Notes: generated by a model from the sequence alone, not told the origin. A stretch of 63,899 nucleotides of DNA, filler included, from Octopus bimaculoides (GCF_001194135.2; 6 parts of 5 records of this genome joined end to end with filler, not necessarily neighbours in it), one strand, 5' to 3'; positions 25,303 to 37,775 are shown, numbered from the whole stretch's first letter. Numbers and translations are program-made.

Positions 25303-25353
25303 ATGGCAAATAGACCCCGAGGTTTTGGTCTAAGTGCAGAAATCACTAGAAGA
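25303..25353 (+). CDS. First coding exon of a calponin-homology transgelin/myophilin/Mp20-like muscle protein (partial gene)
   Basis: Acceptor TTTTCTTTTCCTCTACTTTTTAG ends 25296, followed by 6 nt of UTR, ATG at 25303, MANRPRGFGLSAEITRR and a phase-0 donor GTAAGT at 25354. MAxRPxG(F/Y)GLSAE is the conserved N-terminus of invertebrate calponin/transgelin/myophilin proteins. No downstream CH-domain exon was found in the window. Confidence 0.78.
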
Positions 25354-25529
25354 GTAAGTTGATCTTCTATCACTTTGAGTATAAAATTTTATGAATAACG
25401 TATTTCTTAGCATGACATTTGATACATGTAATGTAGACATTCAAATATCATCACTATTTTCCAAATCCTGCCATATTTTACATGGAATATTTTGTCCTCT
25501 GAAACTGTCTTCTATACAAACAAGCATGG

Positions 25530-25810
25530 GTGTATGGTAAGAAGTTTACTGCCCAACCACATGGTTTTGAGTTTAGTTCCACTGTGTGGCACCTTGGGCA
25601 AATGTATCTTCTACTATAGCTCTGACCCAAACCTTGTGAGTGGATTTGACAGATAGAAACTTAAAGAAGCCAGTTATGTATGTGTACATTATATATATCT
25701 ATATATCTCCAATAATGGTAAGAAGCTTACTTCCAGGCGGTGAGCTGGCAGAAACGTTAGCACCCTGGGCAAAATGCTTGGCGGTATTTCGTCTGCCATT
25801 ACATTCTGAG
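25530..25810 (+). mobile_element. Stacked SINE heads (family A then family B)
   Basis: GGTAAGAAGTTTACTGCCCAACCACATGG… followed by GGCGGTGAGCTGGCAGAAACGTTAGCAC…GAGTTCAAATTCCGCCGAGG. Confidence 0.75.
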
Positions 25811-26199
25811 TTCAAATTCCGCCGAGGAAAATGAAAGACATCTTTACTAACAGAAAAGTATATTATTAAAATAGATTAGCTTTTAGATAGATTCTTTAAA
25901 TCACTGTGGATAAATTCCAGTAATGACCTTCTCAGGCACTCCAATATGATAAAATTATAAACAGAAACAATCAGGTAAGGAAGGGGGTTGAAAAACATCA
26001 ATACATGTGAAAATAACAAAGAAACGAGGAAGCTGGTCGTAAGATGTGCTAGAAACAATAGCCAAATCTAGCTTAACACACCTTGTCACACAAAAATATT
26101 TACAAAATTTTTTTTTACCAAAAAGACTTCTCCCATGGTTTTTAAGTATGTAGTGCCAAAGCATTTCGCCGAAATCAGTCCAGAGTGGAGTGACATGCA

Positions 26200-26660
26200 C
26201 ATGCACACATACACACACATGACAGGATTCTTTCAGTTTCCGTCTACCAAATCCACTCACAAGGGCTTTGTTTGGGTCAATGCTATAGTAGAAGAAACTT
26301 GCTGAAGGTGCCACACAGGGAGACTGAACTTGGGCCCATGTGGTTGGGAAGCAAGCTTCTTACCACACAGCCACTCCTGCGCCTATATATGTGTGGCACC
26401 TTGGGCAAGTGTCTTCTTCTATAGCCTTGGGCTGACCAAAGCCTTGTTAGTAGATTTGGTAGACGGTGTGTATCCCCCCCCAACATTGCTCGATGACCGA
26501 TGCTGGTGTGTTTACGTCCCTGTCACTTAGTGGTTCAGCAAAAGAGACTGATAGAATAAGTACTAGGCTTACAAAGAATAAGTCCTAGGGTTGATTTGCT
26601 CGACTATAGGTGGTGCTCCAGCATGGCCGCAGTCAAATGACTGAAGCAAATAAAAGAATA
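26200..26660. mobile_element. Two family A SINE pieces head to head (minus-strand head about 26200-26365; plus-strand copy about 26380-26660)
   Basis: Recognisable family A head and body segments in opposite orientations. Confidence 0.7.
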
Positions 26661-26712
26661 TATGTGTGTGTATATGTATACATACATGTGTGTGTGTGTG
26701 TGTGCATACTTG

Positions 26713-27020
26713 TAACCCTTTAACATTCAAATTACTCTGTCAAATATAAAGCTTATTTATTCACATTGTTTTTAATTAATGTTGTAGCTTAGAGATTTCA
26801 ATAATGTGATTGTTTATATTTATAATGTTATTGTAGGGTAGGTGTGAGAGGTCAGATCTGGCCTGTGTGAACAGGTAGAATATTTGTGCCAGATATGGCC
26901 ACTTTAAATGGTAAAAACAAATGACATTGTAGGGTAGGTGTAAGAGACCAGATCTGGTCTGTTTGTATATAAAACAGAATATTAGGGTCAGTGATGGCCG
27001 TTTAAATGCTAAAGGATTTA
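26713..27020. mobile_element. piggyBac-like MITE (TTAA-CCCTTT…AAAGG-TTAA type)
   Basis: Starts TAACCCTTTAACATTC and ends ATGCTAAAGGATTTAA. Homologous copies lie at 55862-56087 and about 59455-59652. Confidence 0.6.
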
Positions 27021-27035
27021 ATTTGTTACACTATT

Positions 27036-27555
27036 TAACCCTCTGACTGTTGGGTACCTTGAGAGGTAGAATTCTGCTTTAAGCACCCTGTATAACTTTT
27101 TTATTTTTCAGAATTTTCAGAAAATATTTGTGAATTTGTTCTACACCCAGGAATATGATTATGCAGAACTAACCTATCAAAATTTTTTGTGGGTGACTTA
27201 AGGGCTATTTAGCTGTTATTTTTAGTACATCTCACGACCACTTGATACCTTTTTTGTTTGTTTTTCAGTCTGACATATTGATGTTTTTCAACATCTTTCT
27301 CCCCATAAACACATTTAATAGTCTGTTGCTGGGATTTCAGCAAGAATTCAAACTGTGGTCATAGAAAAAAAAATCAAAAATTTTAAAATTTCAAGAAAAT
27401 TTTTTTTTTCAGTCACATGTATTCCTGTGTGTAGAACGCAAATTTGCAAAAGTTTTCTGAAAATTCCAAAAATAAAAAGTTTTGAGGGGTTATATGGGGT
27501 GCTTAAAGCAGATTTCTGCCTTTTGAGGGCTGCAAGAACTCAGACTTGGTCTTAA
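27036..27555. mobile_element. Non-autonomous DNA element with subterminal inverted repeats
   Basis: AATTCTGCTTTAAGCACCCTGTATAAC (about 27071) is inverted against GTTATATGGGGTGCTTAAAGCAGATTT (about 27489). Begins TTAACCCTC. Confidence 0.6.
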
Positions 27556-28124
27556 GTATGAAAGGAATTTCCCCCTCTCTTTTCACCACTTCCAGAATCT
27601 CTGATAAACTAGCATCGACAGTAAATGTCGCAAAATCTCAAGTTACTTTATATCTGCTCTCATTGTACACTGCCAGCGCTCCCCAACTTCCCATCACTAT
27701 TTTCTTCCCTACACATCAGCATCCTTGTTTCTTGTCCTCGCCATCTCTCCCATCCTATCAATCTCTTTCTCTCTCTCTCTCTTTCTATTTCTCCATTCTC
27801 CTTCATTCCTTCACTCTCATTTTCTCACCATTTATGTGTGTCTATATCTACTTATATACACATATACATGTGCATAAAGTTGTGGAACTAAATCGTTATC
27901 ATGAAACTTCATCTGTTCATAAGCTCACTGTTTATGCATAAGTGTATCTGTATGTGTGTGTGTGTGTAGCCCACTCTAATTTTCTCGCCATTTATGTGTG
28001 TATATATCTACTTATATACAAACATACATGTGCATATATACTTGTGGGACTAAATCGTTATCACAAAAAACCATCCGTTCATAAACTCACTGTTTATATA
28101 TAAGTGTATCTGCATATGTATGTA

Positions 28125-28293
28125 TATATAGGAGTGGTTGTGTAATAAGAAAATGGTTTCCCAACCACATCGTTCCGGGTTCAGTCCCACTGCATGACTC
28201 CTTGAGCAAGTGTCTTCTACTATAGCGTCAAGCTGACCAAAGCCTTGTAAGTGGATTTGGTAGACGGAAACTGAAAGAAGCCGGTCATATATA

Positions 28294-28344
<51 letters not shown>

Positions 28345-28685
28345 ATACATAGCACTACACCATCATCCACGCACACATTGATGTCACCAGCCCCCTTCCA
28401 CACGCACATACACAAGCATGCACACCTTCGTTTTGGGATCACCACTTGTTTATTATCTCCCCTTCTTTCTAGCTCTCCTGTGTGACCCCTCTGTCCAGCA
28501 TTCGCCATGATAGATCATTAGCCACCAAACCTTTTTCCATTTTCTCTCCCTGTTTATTTCTGTGTTCCTTTGTGTTGAAGTGCGTAGACTTGAAACATAA
28601 GACTTTCTCACCATCCTGAGCATGAAACTAATACATCTGTTTATTGTTTACACACCTGTTTTCGTCTTTTTTTTTTTGTGAATTC

Positions 28686-28733
<48 letters not shown>

Positions 28734-28935
28734 ATATGTGTGTCATTGTGTCTGTGTTTGTTTAGATCACTGTAACTTAGTGGTTTGGCAAAAGAGACTG
28801 ATAGAATAAGTAGCAGGCTTTAAAAAGATTAAGTACTGGGGTTGATTTATTGGAGTCAATTTCTTCAAGGTGATGCCCCAGTATGGTCACAGTCAAATGA
28901 CTGAAACTAGTAAAAGAATAAAGAATAAAAGAATA
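28125..28935 (+). mobile_element. Family A SINE split at its internal microsatellite by a hammerhead-type short element (about 28350-28690)
   Basis: The SINE head at 28125-28295 and 3' half at 28740-28930 are separated by a TA/CA tract, an insert homologous to 8905-9075 (TGTGTTGAAGTGCGTAGACTTGAAACATAAGAC…CTAATACATC…TTTACAC) and a (TA)n tract. Confidence 0.75.
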
Positions 28936-29538
28936 TATGTGTGTGTGTCTGTGTGTGTGGAGGGCATATATTTGTCAAGTGACTCATTATCACAAAAAAA
29001 TCATCTGTTCTTAGGCTTGCTGTTTAGCTAAGTGTGTAGTGTATGTCTTTTGCCACTGAATATGTGAGGAGCATGCTTCTATGTGTTTCAATGACACTTA
29101 ATATCTTAAGATAAAACCTAACAACTCTTAAGTTAAATAACATTATATCTTCCGCACCCTCCTGCTTCCTCGCCACAGCTTTCAAATAACTCATTGTCTA
29201 CAATCCATATCTAGTTAACAGTTAACAAGACTTGTACAAATTAACGTAACCTTTCGGCTGGTTTGCTTTGCTATTCACGCAACACAAATATTCTTTTTAA
29301 TGAAATATAATTACTTATGGTGCAGGCGTGGCTGCTTCCCAACCACATGGTTCCAGGTTCAATCCCACTACATGGCACCTTGGGCAAGTGTCTTCTGCTA
29401 TAGCTTCAAGCTCATCGAAGTCTTGTAAGTGGATTTGGTAGATAGAAACTGAAAGAAGCCCATTATGTGTGTGTATGTGACCACATGTGTATCGTTGGCG
29501 ATTTTCTTTCTGTCTTCCCTTCTTTGGACTTTTTCTAT

Positions 29539-29573
29539 ATTTCTGATGAAGAGCTCCACTCGAAATATGAAAT
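29539..29573 (+). ncRNA. Minimal hammerhead ribozyme-like motif, decayed
   Basis: ATTT-CTGATGA-A-GAGC(TCC)ACTC-GAAA-TATG-AAAT. The CUGAUGA and GAAA cores are intact, stem I is ATTT/AAAT, and stem II and the cleavage triplet are mutated. Surrounding sequence differs from the 8950 family. Confidence 0.55.
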
Positions 29574-30772
29574 CATCTTTCTTTTCTTTCCTTTCCTGTG
29601 CCTCCAATAACACTGTACTTATTCCACGTCCTCGCATTGTTGTTTATTTCTTGCTTGTTCATGTTTGGATTGATTATACATATATATATATGTAGTAACA
29701 GAAAGGGAGGAATTTCGATCATCCCCACATCCCTACGTGGTGAGTTGTAATAAATATAAGAAATTAAAGAAGGAAAATGCACACACTTTACATATACTTT
29801 TTAATATATTGTATATTGTATTTGTCAACTGGTTTCGCTAATTATGGCATTAAAGTTATTTTAATTATGTATTTTCGTTAGGAAAAATTTTTTGTTCATG
29901 TGTGTGGAGGAATTTACGAATAAAGGATTCAACAAGTAGAAAAATCTAAGGGGAGATAATTGGTGATCGTTATTATTATGGACAGGGAAGATGATTGTTC
30001 ATCTTTTTTTGGGGGATGGGGGAGAGGAATATACACAAAAATTCAAAAGGTAGTGGGGAGAAATATGTACAGTGATGAGTGTATAATCATGAATTAAAAT
30101 ATGTATAAAGAACAAAGTTGGTTATGCGTGCATATTTAGACATGTTCTATATTTTTCAATGAATAAATTTTCTTTATTTAAACATTCTTGTATTGAAATC
30201 GTATCCTTGCACATAACCATCTTTCTTTTCCTGCACAGACATTTAAACAAACAGACATGTTTTACTCTCTCACTTGTATCTTTTCCTTTTCAAAAAAATG
30301 TTTCTCCCAGCATTCACTATATTCCTCTCATTCTGGGTCCTCCATGTTTGTTTTATTCGGTTTCCTTGTATGTGTCCACTGTCAGTTTTTGTTTGCAGCA
30401 TTGACACTCCATAAATCCTAAATTTTATTTTGGTACTTATGGGAGCAACTGTCTTTGAAGACTCATATTGTCATTGAATGCTCGAAATGAGGAGTAGATA
30501 GACAGCCAACAACTGATGAAGGGTCCTTTCTCTGTGTTTACTTGTCCTGTTTTCCATTTGTTTCTCTCCCTCGTTTGCTTACATGCTTCATATTTGCATC
30601 ATTGGTGATGTCCTGTATGCATATATGCTTGTATATATATATATATTCTTTTATTCTTATATATGTTTCAGCACTGAGGCTGTGACCATGCCGGGGCACC
30701 ACCATTGTAATCACTTTTTAATTGGCCAATGTATTTATACATATGTGTGTATTTGTGTATATATGTGTGTGT

Positions 30773-30814
<42 letters not shown>

Positions 30815-30842
30815 ATATATGTATGTATGTATATATGTATAT

Positions 30843-30942
30843 NNNNNNNNNNNNNNNNNNNNNNNNNNNNNNNNNNNNNNNNNNNNTTAATTAATTAANN
30901 NNNNNNNNNNNNNNNNNNNNNNNNNNNNNNNNNNNNNNNNNN
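30843..30942. other. Artificial assembly linker (44 N + TTAATTAATTAA + 44 N)
   Basis: Identical 100-bp construct with stops in all six frames, also at 38004-38103, 44921-45020, 50819-50918 and 62404-62503. Not biological. Confidence 0.95.
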
Positions 30943-32499
30943 ATATAGAAATCTTGAAATAGGCTAGAATATTCTTAAGTGCCTGTGATGATGACACGTG
31001 TGGATGTTGGGAGACTGAGCAAACACTGAAATGCATTTTGGTAATAACTTTTAGCCTTACCAAAAAGAAAAAAAAAAAGGAGGAGAAAAAGAAAATGTTA
31101 GTAATGTTGGTGATGATGATGACGATGATGATGATGATGATGATGGTAGTGATGGTGGTAGTGACTTAGACACAAAACTCATTTTGAGATTAACCTCAAT
31201 AGTTGACTGGTACATAATTTCACCAACTGTGGAGAAATGAATTTTAATGTTAACCTTGGTTGGATTTTGAACTCAAAGCATAAAGAACCAGACAGTTATC
31301 TGAAGACATTTGTACTACACTCTAACAATTCTGGCAATCAACCACCATTGTATATCTTCGATTGACCTATACTAAGTTAAAGTCACACTGCAGCCAAATC
31401 TAGAACCAAAACACGTAACAGTATGTCGCATGAGGTAGAGGTTGTCATGGCTAGCCAGAGATTAGATATTTCCAACTATTTTACTGGCTGAGAAGAGTGG
31501 AACCACCTCTGGGCAGCTACTGTTTCAAGGTCTACTCTGATTGTGAGAAGTAACATCTGTTAGGGTCCCAGTCATGGGTTAATTAGGTTATTAGGGCTTG
31601 CCTACCTGTGCATGTGAAGACTTGATCTGGCAGACTCTGCAGAATGAACCTTCATGGTTCACTGGAAAGGAAGCCAGTGGCAGCAACTCATTGTGGAATG
31701 AAGAGAGTGAGATGAGGCAAGTAAGACACCTTCATCATCCACTGCATCAATCTCTCTCTCTCCATTCATTTTGACTTGGTTTTGCCACTGGATTGAAAAT
31801 GGTCACAGACAAGAGAGCGCAGTTGACAGCGTGAAACTCTTCTTTACTTTAAACAAAGTCACTGAGCCAGTCAACAATCTTCCTTAAGGTTGGTTAGGTG
31901 GTCTTCATTTTTCCATTGCTCTGAGACGGACAAACATGACTGTTGACAAGCACCAGCCTCCTAGTGAGCATCTTTAGAATTACAGACATAAAGTAGTTTT
32001 TTTATGACTCCATTGTTTGGTTGCTTCCTCATGCTCAGCTCACACAGCTTGGAATGCTTCCAATCTGCTGCCAATTGCAACAGTCAATTTCAAAGAGTGT
32101 AATGAATAACATCATGTAACAATGAAGTCCATTGAACAGACCATTCCATCTCAGAGATTTATTCCTCACACTCACCCAACATGTCTGCTACTTCATCATC
32201 TACTGAAATCAGTTTTTTCACAGCACTCTACATCAGACCATTATTAAGCAGATCATCATCAAGAGGGGCATTGAAATCCACTATCTCTAGTTTGACACTC
32301 GTCCAAACAGTTTGGTAAAGTGCTGCTGGACACCTATACACATCTTAGGATCAAATAGCATGCACCTGCATCTGTTGCAGTCTATTATTGTTTGGCATTA
32401 CTACCATGTTGACTGCCAGAACCTGTCACATGGTTTAACACCCCACCTTATGTTTCATAGTATGTTTATATGTTTCAGAGCACACATCATAGCACAAAC

Positions 32500-33380
32500 A
32501 ATGTGCCTTTCGTATTGTGAGCTGATGAAGTGTTTAAGGGACATTATCACCATAATAGTCCTGAAAATCCATTGCATCAGAGAAATGGCTGGGCTTCATC
32601 TGCAGAAAAGGAATTGCTAAAAAATTTGTAACATGCATCCATCGTAAACAATGGACACACAAAAGGGTGTTGTGGAATCACAAGTAAACTAACAGAAAAG
32701 GTAGATGTTACATGCAGCAGGTACACCAGGACAGTACGTACTAAGAGCACTTGGTAAATAAATACTCTCAAAGGCCCAGTCAACTCCCTAGGAATAGTTG
32801 ATAACTTTTGCTACCTTAGTGACCAAATTAGTAGTGTGAGAATAGATGTTCCAAATGTGATGTTTGATAGCTTGAATAAGAACAAAGTTCTGAGAGCTAT
32901 TAACCCTGCTGACAACAAAGAATTTCTTCCTTGAGAAGCATCTTACAGTCTATGTTTACTGATTGCAAGATGCTTGTCTTTCAAGTTTACTGCTGCATGG
33001 CAGTGAGATATGGCAGTGAGATATGGCAGAGATATGACACTTAAATGCAAGGGACCTGCCAAGAGTAGAAAGAAATGAGGTGAGTATGCTTTGCTGGATG
33101 TATTATGTTAGCATATATAAATGATAATGTATAAATGAACTGAGAGACGAACTGGAATGTAAGAAGAATTCGATATAAGCATTTAAGAGGAGGAGACTGC
33201 AATGGTATGGACATGTGAAACAGATGCAGGATGACAGCTGCATAAGCAAATGCCAAACGCACCAAGTGAATGATGCTTGTGGATGAGGGAGACTGAGAAA
33301 GACTTAGATTGAAGCGGTGAAAAATGATCTCGAGATGTTACATCTGATGAAGAAGATAGGAGGGAGTCATGTAAACTGGC
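32500..33380 (+). pseudogene. RTE LINE ORF2 fragment, heavily decayed
   Basis: Cys-rich segment (W.H.GCCGIT.KLTEKVDVTCSR), IVDNFCYL.DQIS, KFxELLxLL, LLHGSEIW, LRRRRLQWYGHVKQMQDDSCI. Confidence 0.75.
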
Positions 33381-33659
33381 AATATTCGGGACTGGAAAAA
33401 AAGAAAAAAACCTGGCCTCCCACACAAACTTGGTGAAATACTGGTTGCAAAAGTGGGTTAGTGCATGCACTGCTCCCTTGCCTGTTGGTTTGTGTATGCA
33501 CCACCTCCCCTGTCTATTGCTCGTTCTATATTGTTACGTAACCTCACCATCTTTTCTCCTACCCACTGTACGTATTCTGTACCCTCTCATCTTTTCTGCT
33601 TCTCATACCCTGTCACCCTTAACAGAGAGGAAGATACTTAACACCCTTAACAGAGAGGA

Positions 33660-33895
33660 AGGGCAGCGAGCTGGCAGAAACGTTAGCACGCCGGGCGAAA
33701 TGCTTAGCGGTATTTCGTCTGCCGCTACGTTCTGAGTTCAAATTCCGCTGAGGTCGACTTTGCCTTTCATCCTTTCGAGGTCGATAAATTAAGTACCATT
33801 TATGCACTGGGGTCAATATAATCGACTTAATCCGTTTGTCTGTCCTTGTTTGTCCCCTCTGTGTGTAGCCCCTTGTGGGCAATAAAGAAATAAGA
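33660..33895 (+). mobile_element. tRNA-derived SINE family B, near-complete young copy
   Basis: GGGCAGCGAGCTGGCAGAAACGTTAGCACGCCGGGC…GAGTTCAAATTCCGC (B box)…GTCGACTTTGCCTTTCATCCTTTCGAGGTCGATAAATTAAGTACC…AATAAAGAAATAAG, with CpGs retained. Confidence 0.85.
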
Positions 33896-34057
33896 GAGGA
33901 AGATACTCAATTTGAGCACATTGAATATCATCCTTTCCCTATCCTTCTACCACCCATATACTACTACCCCTCCTTCCTCTCTCCTCCTGAAATATGATGC
34001 TTTAGTGGCAACTTTTATCCATCTCTTGGTTCTCCTGTCATGAAGCCCGCTTAGATA

Positions 34058-34279
34058 TATGAGGGGTTGCTGTAAAGTTCCTGGATTTAAGGGTATCACG
34101 AAAGGCCCGGCTGGAGGCCCAATCTTCCAAGTTCTTTTACAGGGTGAGAAAAATTGAAGGACCACTGCAATAAGTGTATGAATTTGAGAGGGGGATATGT
34201 TCAATAAAATCATAATTAACTGATCCTCCTGTATTTTCTTTTACCCAAAGCCAGGAACGTTTTTCAGCACTCCCTTGTA
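34058..34279. mobile_element. mariner-derived MITE
   Basis: TA-TGAGGGGTTGCTGTAAAGTTCCTGGATTT … AAAGCCAGGAACGTTTTTCAGCACTCCCTTG-TA. The interior resembles a mariner C-terminus. Confidence 0.85.
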
Positions 34280-34548
34280 TTACCTTGAAGATGCAGTCTA
34301 GCCATACTCTTATCATCTTGTCTCTTTTCCATTTATTGGTCTACCCAGCCATATATAATATGGGGTAGCCTTGCATCTTCTTTTCATCACTCCTTACAGT
34401 CCTATCACTCTCTAACTTTCTCTCACTAATCCCAAAAATTAGCTTTTCACTTTCACTCTCTCCCCTAATGTTGCTCCTGTTCATTTCACCCCTGCCACTC
34501 TCTCTTTCTCTCTATCTCTCTCTCTCTCTCTTTCCCTCTCCCTCTCTC

Positions 34549-34631
<83 letters not shown>

Positions 34632-35059
34632 AATAAACTTGTGCAACTCCTATAAGAATTCATTTGGAGCCAGGCAAACTAATCACCCATGTTGGCATGG
34701 CCAACACACACACACACACATACTTGTGTGTGTATGTGTATGCACACACACACATATATGTATATAAATACACACATATATATATATACACATACGTCTC
34801 AAATAATAAGTCACTAATTACTTCTCCTTAGATTTTTTCTTGATGCTGATCCATTTACAAACAAACTCTCACACAAGCAACATGGATTAAAAACTTCATA
34901 AGAACATACGAAATTACAATATTTTCACCAATTTCAATGCCATGATTAGTGAAACACAAAACCATTTGACTATCATAATATTCTATCCTTTAAAATATAT
35001 TAAAAAATATATAAATTGTGTGCATTTTTCTTCTTTTATGATATATTTTTTTACTATAT

Positions 35060-36150
35060 GTCATCATCATTTAACGTCCATTTTCCATACTAGCATGGGT
35101 TAGATGGTTTGACCAAAAACTGGTAAGCCAGGGAGGTGCCCCAGGTTCCAATCTGATTTGGCAAGGTTTCTACGGCTGGATGCCCTTCTTAATGCCAACC
35201 ACTCTGAGAGGGTAGTGGGTGTTTTTTACGTGCCATTGGTATGGGTGCCATTGACTTGACACCAGCATCGGTCACAACTATGGTCTCACTTGGCTTGACA
35301 GGTTTACAGAAGCATGGTATATCGCCAAAGGTCTCAGTCACCTGTCACTGCCTCTGTGAGGCTTGATGTTTGAACAGTGCTTTTTATGTGCCACCAGCAT
35401 GGATGCCAGTCACTCATCAGCCATGACTACGATTTCACTTGGCTCAACAGGTCTTCACAAGCACAGCATATCACCCAACATTTGAAGGGTACTTTTAAAT
35501 GGACCAGTCATGTGACACTGGCATCGGCCACAACTACAATCTATCTTGGCTCGATGGGTCTTCTCAAGCACAGCATGTCGCCAAAGGTCTCTGTCATTTG
35601 TCATTGCCTCCATGAGGCCCAATATGCGAAGATCATGCTTCAAAACCTCACTCTATGTCTTCCTGGGTCTACCTCTTCCACAGGTTCCCTCCACTATTAG
35701 AGTGCAACACTTCTTCACACAGCTGTCCTCGTCCATGCACATCACATGACCATGCCAGCATAGTTTTCTCTCTTACACACCACATCTGATGCCTCTTATA
35801 CCCATCTTTTCTCTCAGGAAGCTTACACTCTGTCGTGCATGCACAACTGACATTAAATATCCAGAAAAGCATACTAGCTTCATTTCTTACAAGCCTACAC
35901 ATGTCCTCAGCAGTCATGGCCCATGTTTCACTGCCATGTAACATGGCCATTCACACACAGGCATCATACAGTCTGCTTTTTACTTTGAGTGAGAGGCCCT
36001 TTGTTACAAGCAGAGGTAGGAGCTCTCTGAACTTTGCCCAGCCTATTCTTATTCTAACAGCTAAGCTCTCGGAGCATTCACCCCGCAAAATACTGACTTA
36101 GTCACCTAGGAAATGGTAGCTATTGACTACTTCTAATTTTCCCCTGCTGG
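35060..36150 (-). mobile_element. RTE LINE 3' portion (ORF end, 3' UTR, (GAT)n tail)
   Basis: ORF 35669-35950 reads MAMLHGSETWAMTAEDMCRL.RNEASML.WI. The UTR ends GGACGTTAAATGATGATGA at about 35060. A second tail fragment lies at 36320-36430. Confidence 0.85.
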
Positions 36151-36430
36151 CATATGATGGAATCTATTTTCTGGACATTTTTAGTGTCAATTATACCTGT
36201 ACACCTTCCACACACAAAATCTATTTTCCCTGTTAACCTTCCTCTGATACTGCTGCACCTCTTATGTGTCCATAGCTTACACCGGGTACATCTTATGGAG
36301 TTTATATATATAAATATATATCATCATCATCGTTTAACGTCCGCTTTCCATGCTAGCATGAGTTGGACGATTTGACTGAGGACTGGTGCAACCGGATGGC
36401 TACACCAGGCTCCAATCTAATTTGGCAGAG

Positions 36431-36459
<29 letters not shown>

Positions 36460-36464
<5 letters not shown>

Positions 36465-37775
36465 CAAAACTCTGCCAATCTGTAAGAGATGACCTGACAA
36501 AAAATGAGAAGCAAAATTCTTTTCTCTGATAGAAGAATAGATGCCAAAAGAGCTAGTATTTATTGAGAATTCTATCGTGCATTACTTAAGTTGGGTATTT
36601 TTTGAAACTTTACAGTAGGAAATTTGTCAGTTTCTTCAAAGAAATGAAAAACTTTGGTCAAATGAAATAGAAATTTCATGTCATCTTGCCATCCTGCTGA
36701 TTCAGTAATCTTTTCTTCACCATTGTTGAAATTAGCCTGGAGTTTCTCATAATTACTTAGAAACTCTGGGATGAATGTATATTTAATATTGGGAGATGAC
36801 TTTTACCTCCAGGTTTGTTATCCATTACAAAGAACCCTATCAAGGATATGATGCTAACAACCAATAATTTGCGGTTCTTTCAAACCCTTTTGAGCAAATA
36901 GTCTTTGCAACTGAATGACAATGCCATTTCCTTTCCCAGTGTTTACACTCATTGTATCAGTGACAATCCTCTTTACACAGTTCCATAAATTGTATTCATC
37001 TAAAACAGCTGTTATTCCTTTCACAACAGTATCGGCTTTTCCGTTTGGTAACTGGAATGCTTCTAATTTAACTTCTCTCTGTTCATTCTTTAAAACTAGA
37101 ACTTGGTATTCTTGGCCATAAAAAGTTACTTCTTTCGAAATTTCATTTGTTCTTTTTTTCCTTCCTTTGATGGTGCCTCTAAGGAACCGGTAGCGACCAA
37201 CAGTTTGATGTTTCATTGGTATCCTGCAGTTCTTTTCCAAAGAATGCTCTTCTAGAGGAACAGGTCTTCTTTTCCTATGTCAGTCTTGAAACTGCACGAG
37301 ATTCTTTGTTCAGATCTTTTTGTTTCTTTGAGTGACACAAACACTTTTCTTATGAGACATTATTTTAGATATTCTAGCTGGATAAGCCCACTATTCTGGT
37401 GGAAAACAGTTTTTAGCATCACCGAAATAAAAAAAAAAAGGAGGAAGAGGATATTTCCTAAAGTAGAGCCTAATTAAAAACTTTATAACTCCTAAACTAC
37501 TTAAACTTGAAACCTGAAATCTGAAATATACTGCTTCTGCATTGCATTAAGTCAGCACACAAAGTTTGGTAAAAACTTGAGGTGGCATTATGAGACCCTC
37601 TGAAATTTTGCATGATTTGGGTCAAAAGTGGTGTTAGATTTTTTTCAGTTAGGGGTGATGTTTTTATGAAAAAAATTAAAATACGGATTATTTTTTCTAC
37701 TCATATAAAATTGTTCATCGACTTTTAATACAGGAAACAGTTTACATTGAAAAAATTGAAATGTCATTAACCTAA
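36460..37775 (-). mobile_element. hATm-like DNA transposon relic
   Basis: ORF 36854-37240 reads …LPNGKADTVVKGITAVLDEYNLW…IVTDTMSVNTGKGNGIVIQLQ…PQIIGC*HH.LD, matching the DTTxxNTGxxxG…CxHH signature of hATm transposases. A putative terminus TTAGGTTAATGACA is at 37775. Confidence 0.7.

Noticed and set aside
30887-30898. Recurrent TTAATTAATTAA motif centred in N runs (five times)
   Set aside because: Identical 44N-12-44N construct; a scaffolding linker with six-frame stops.
33660-33760. tRNA-like A/B boxes
   Set aside because: SINE heads with no cloverleaf or acceptor stem; not tRNA genes.
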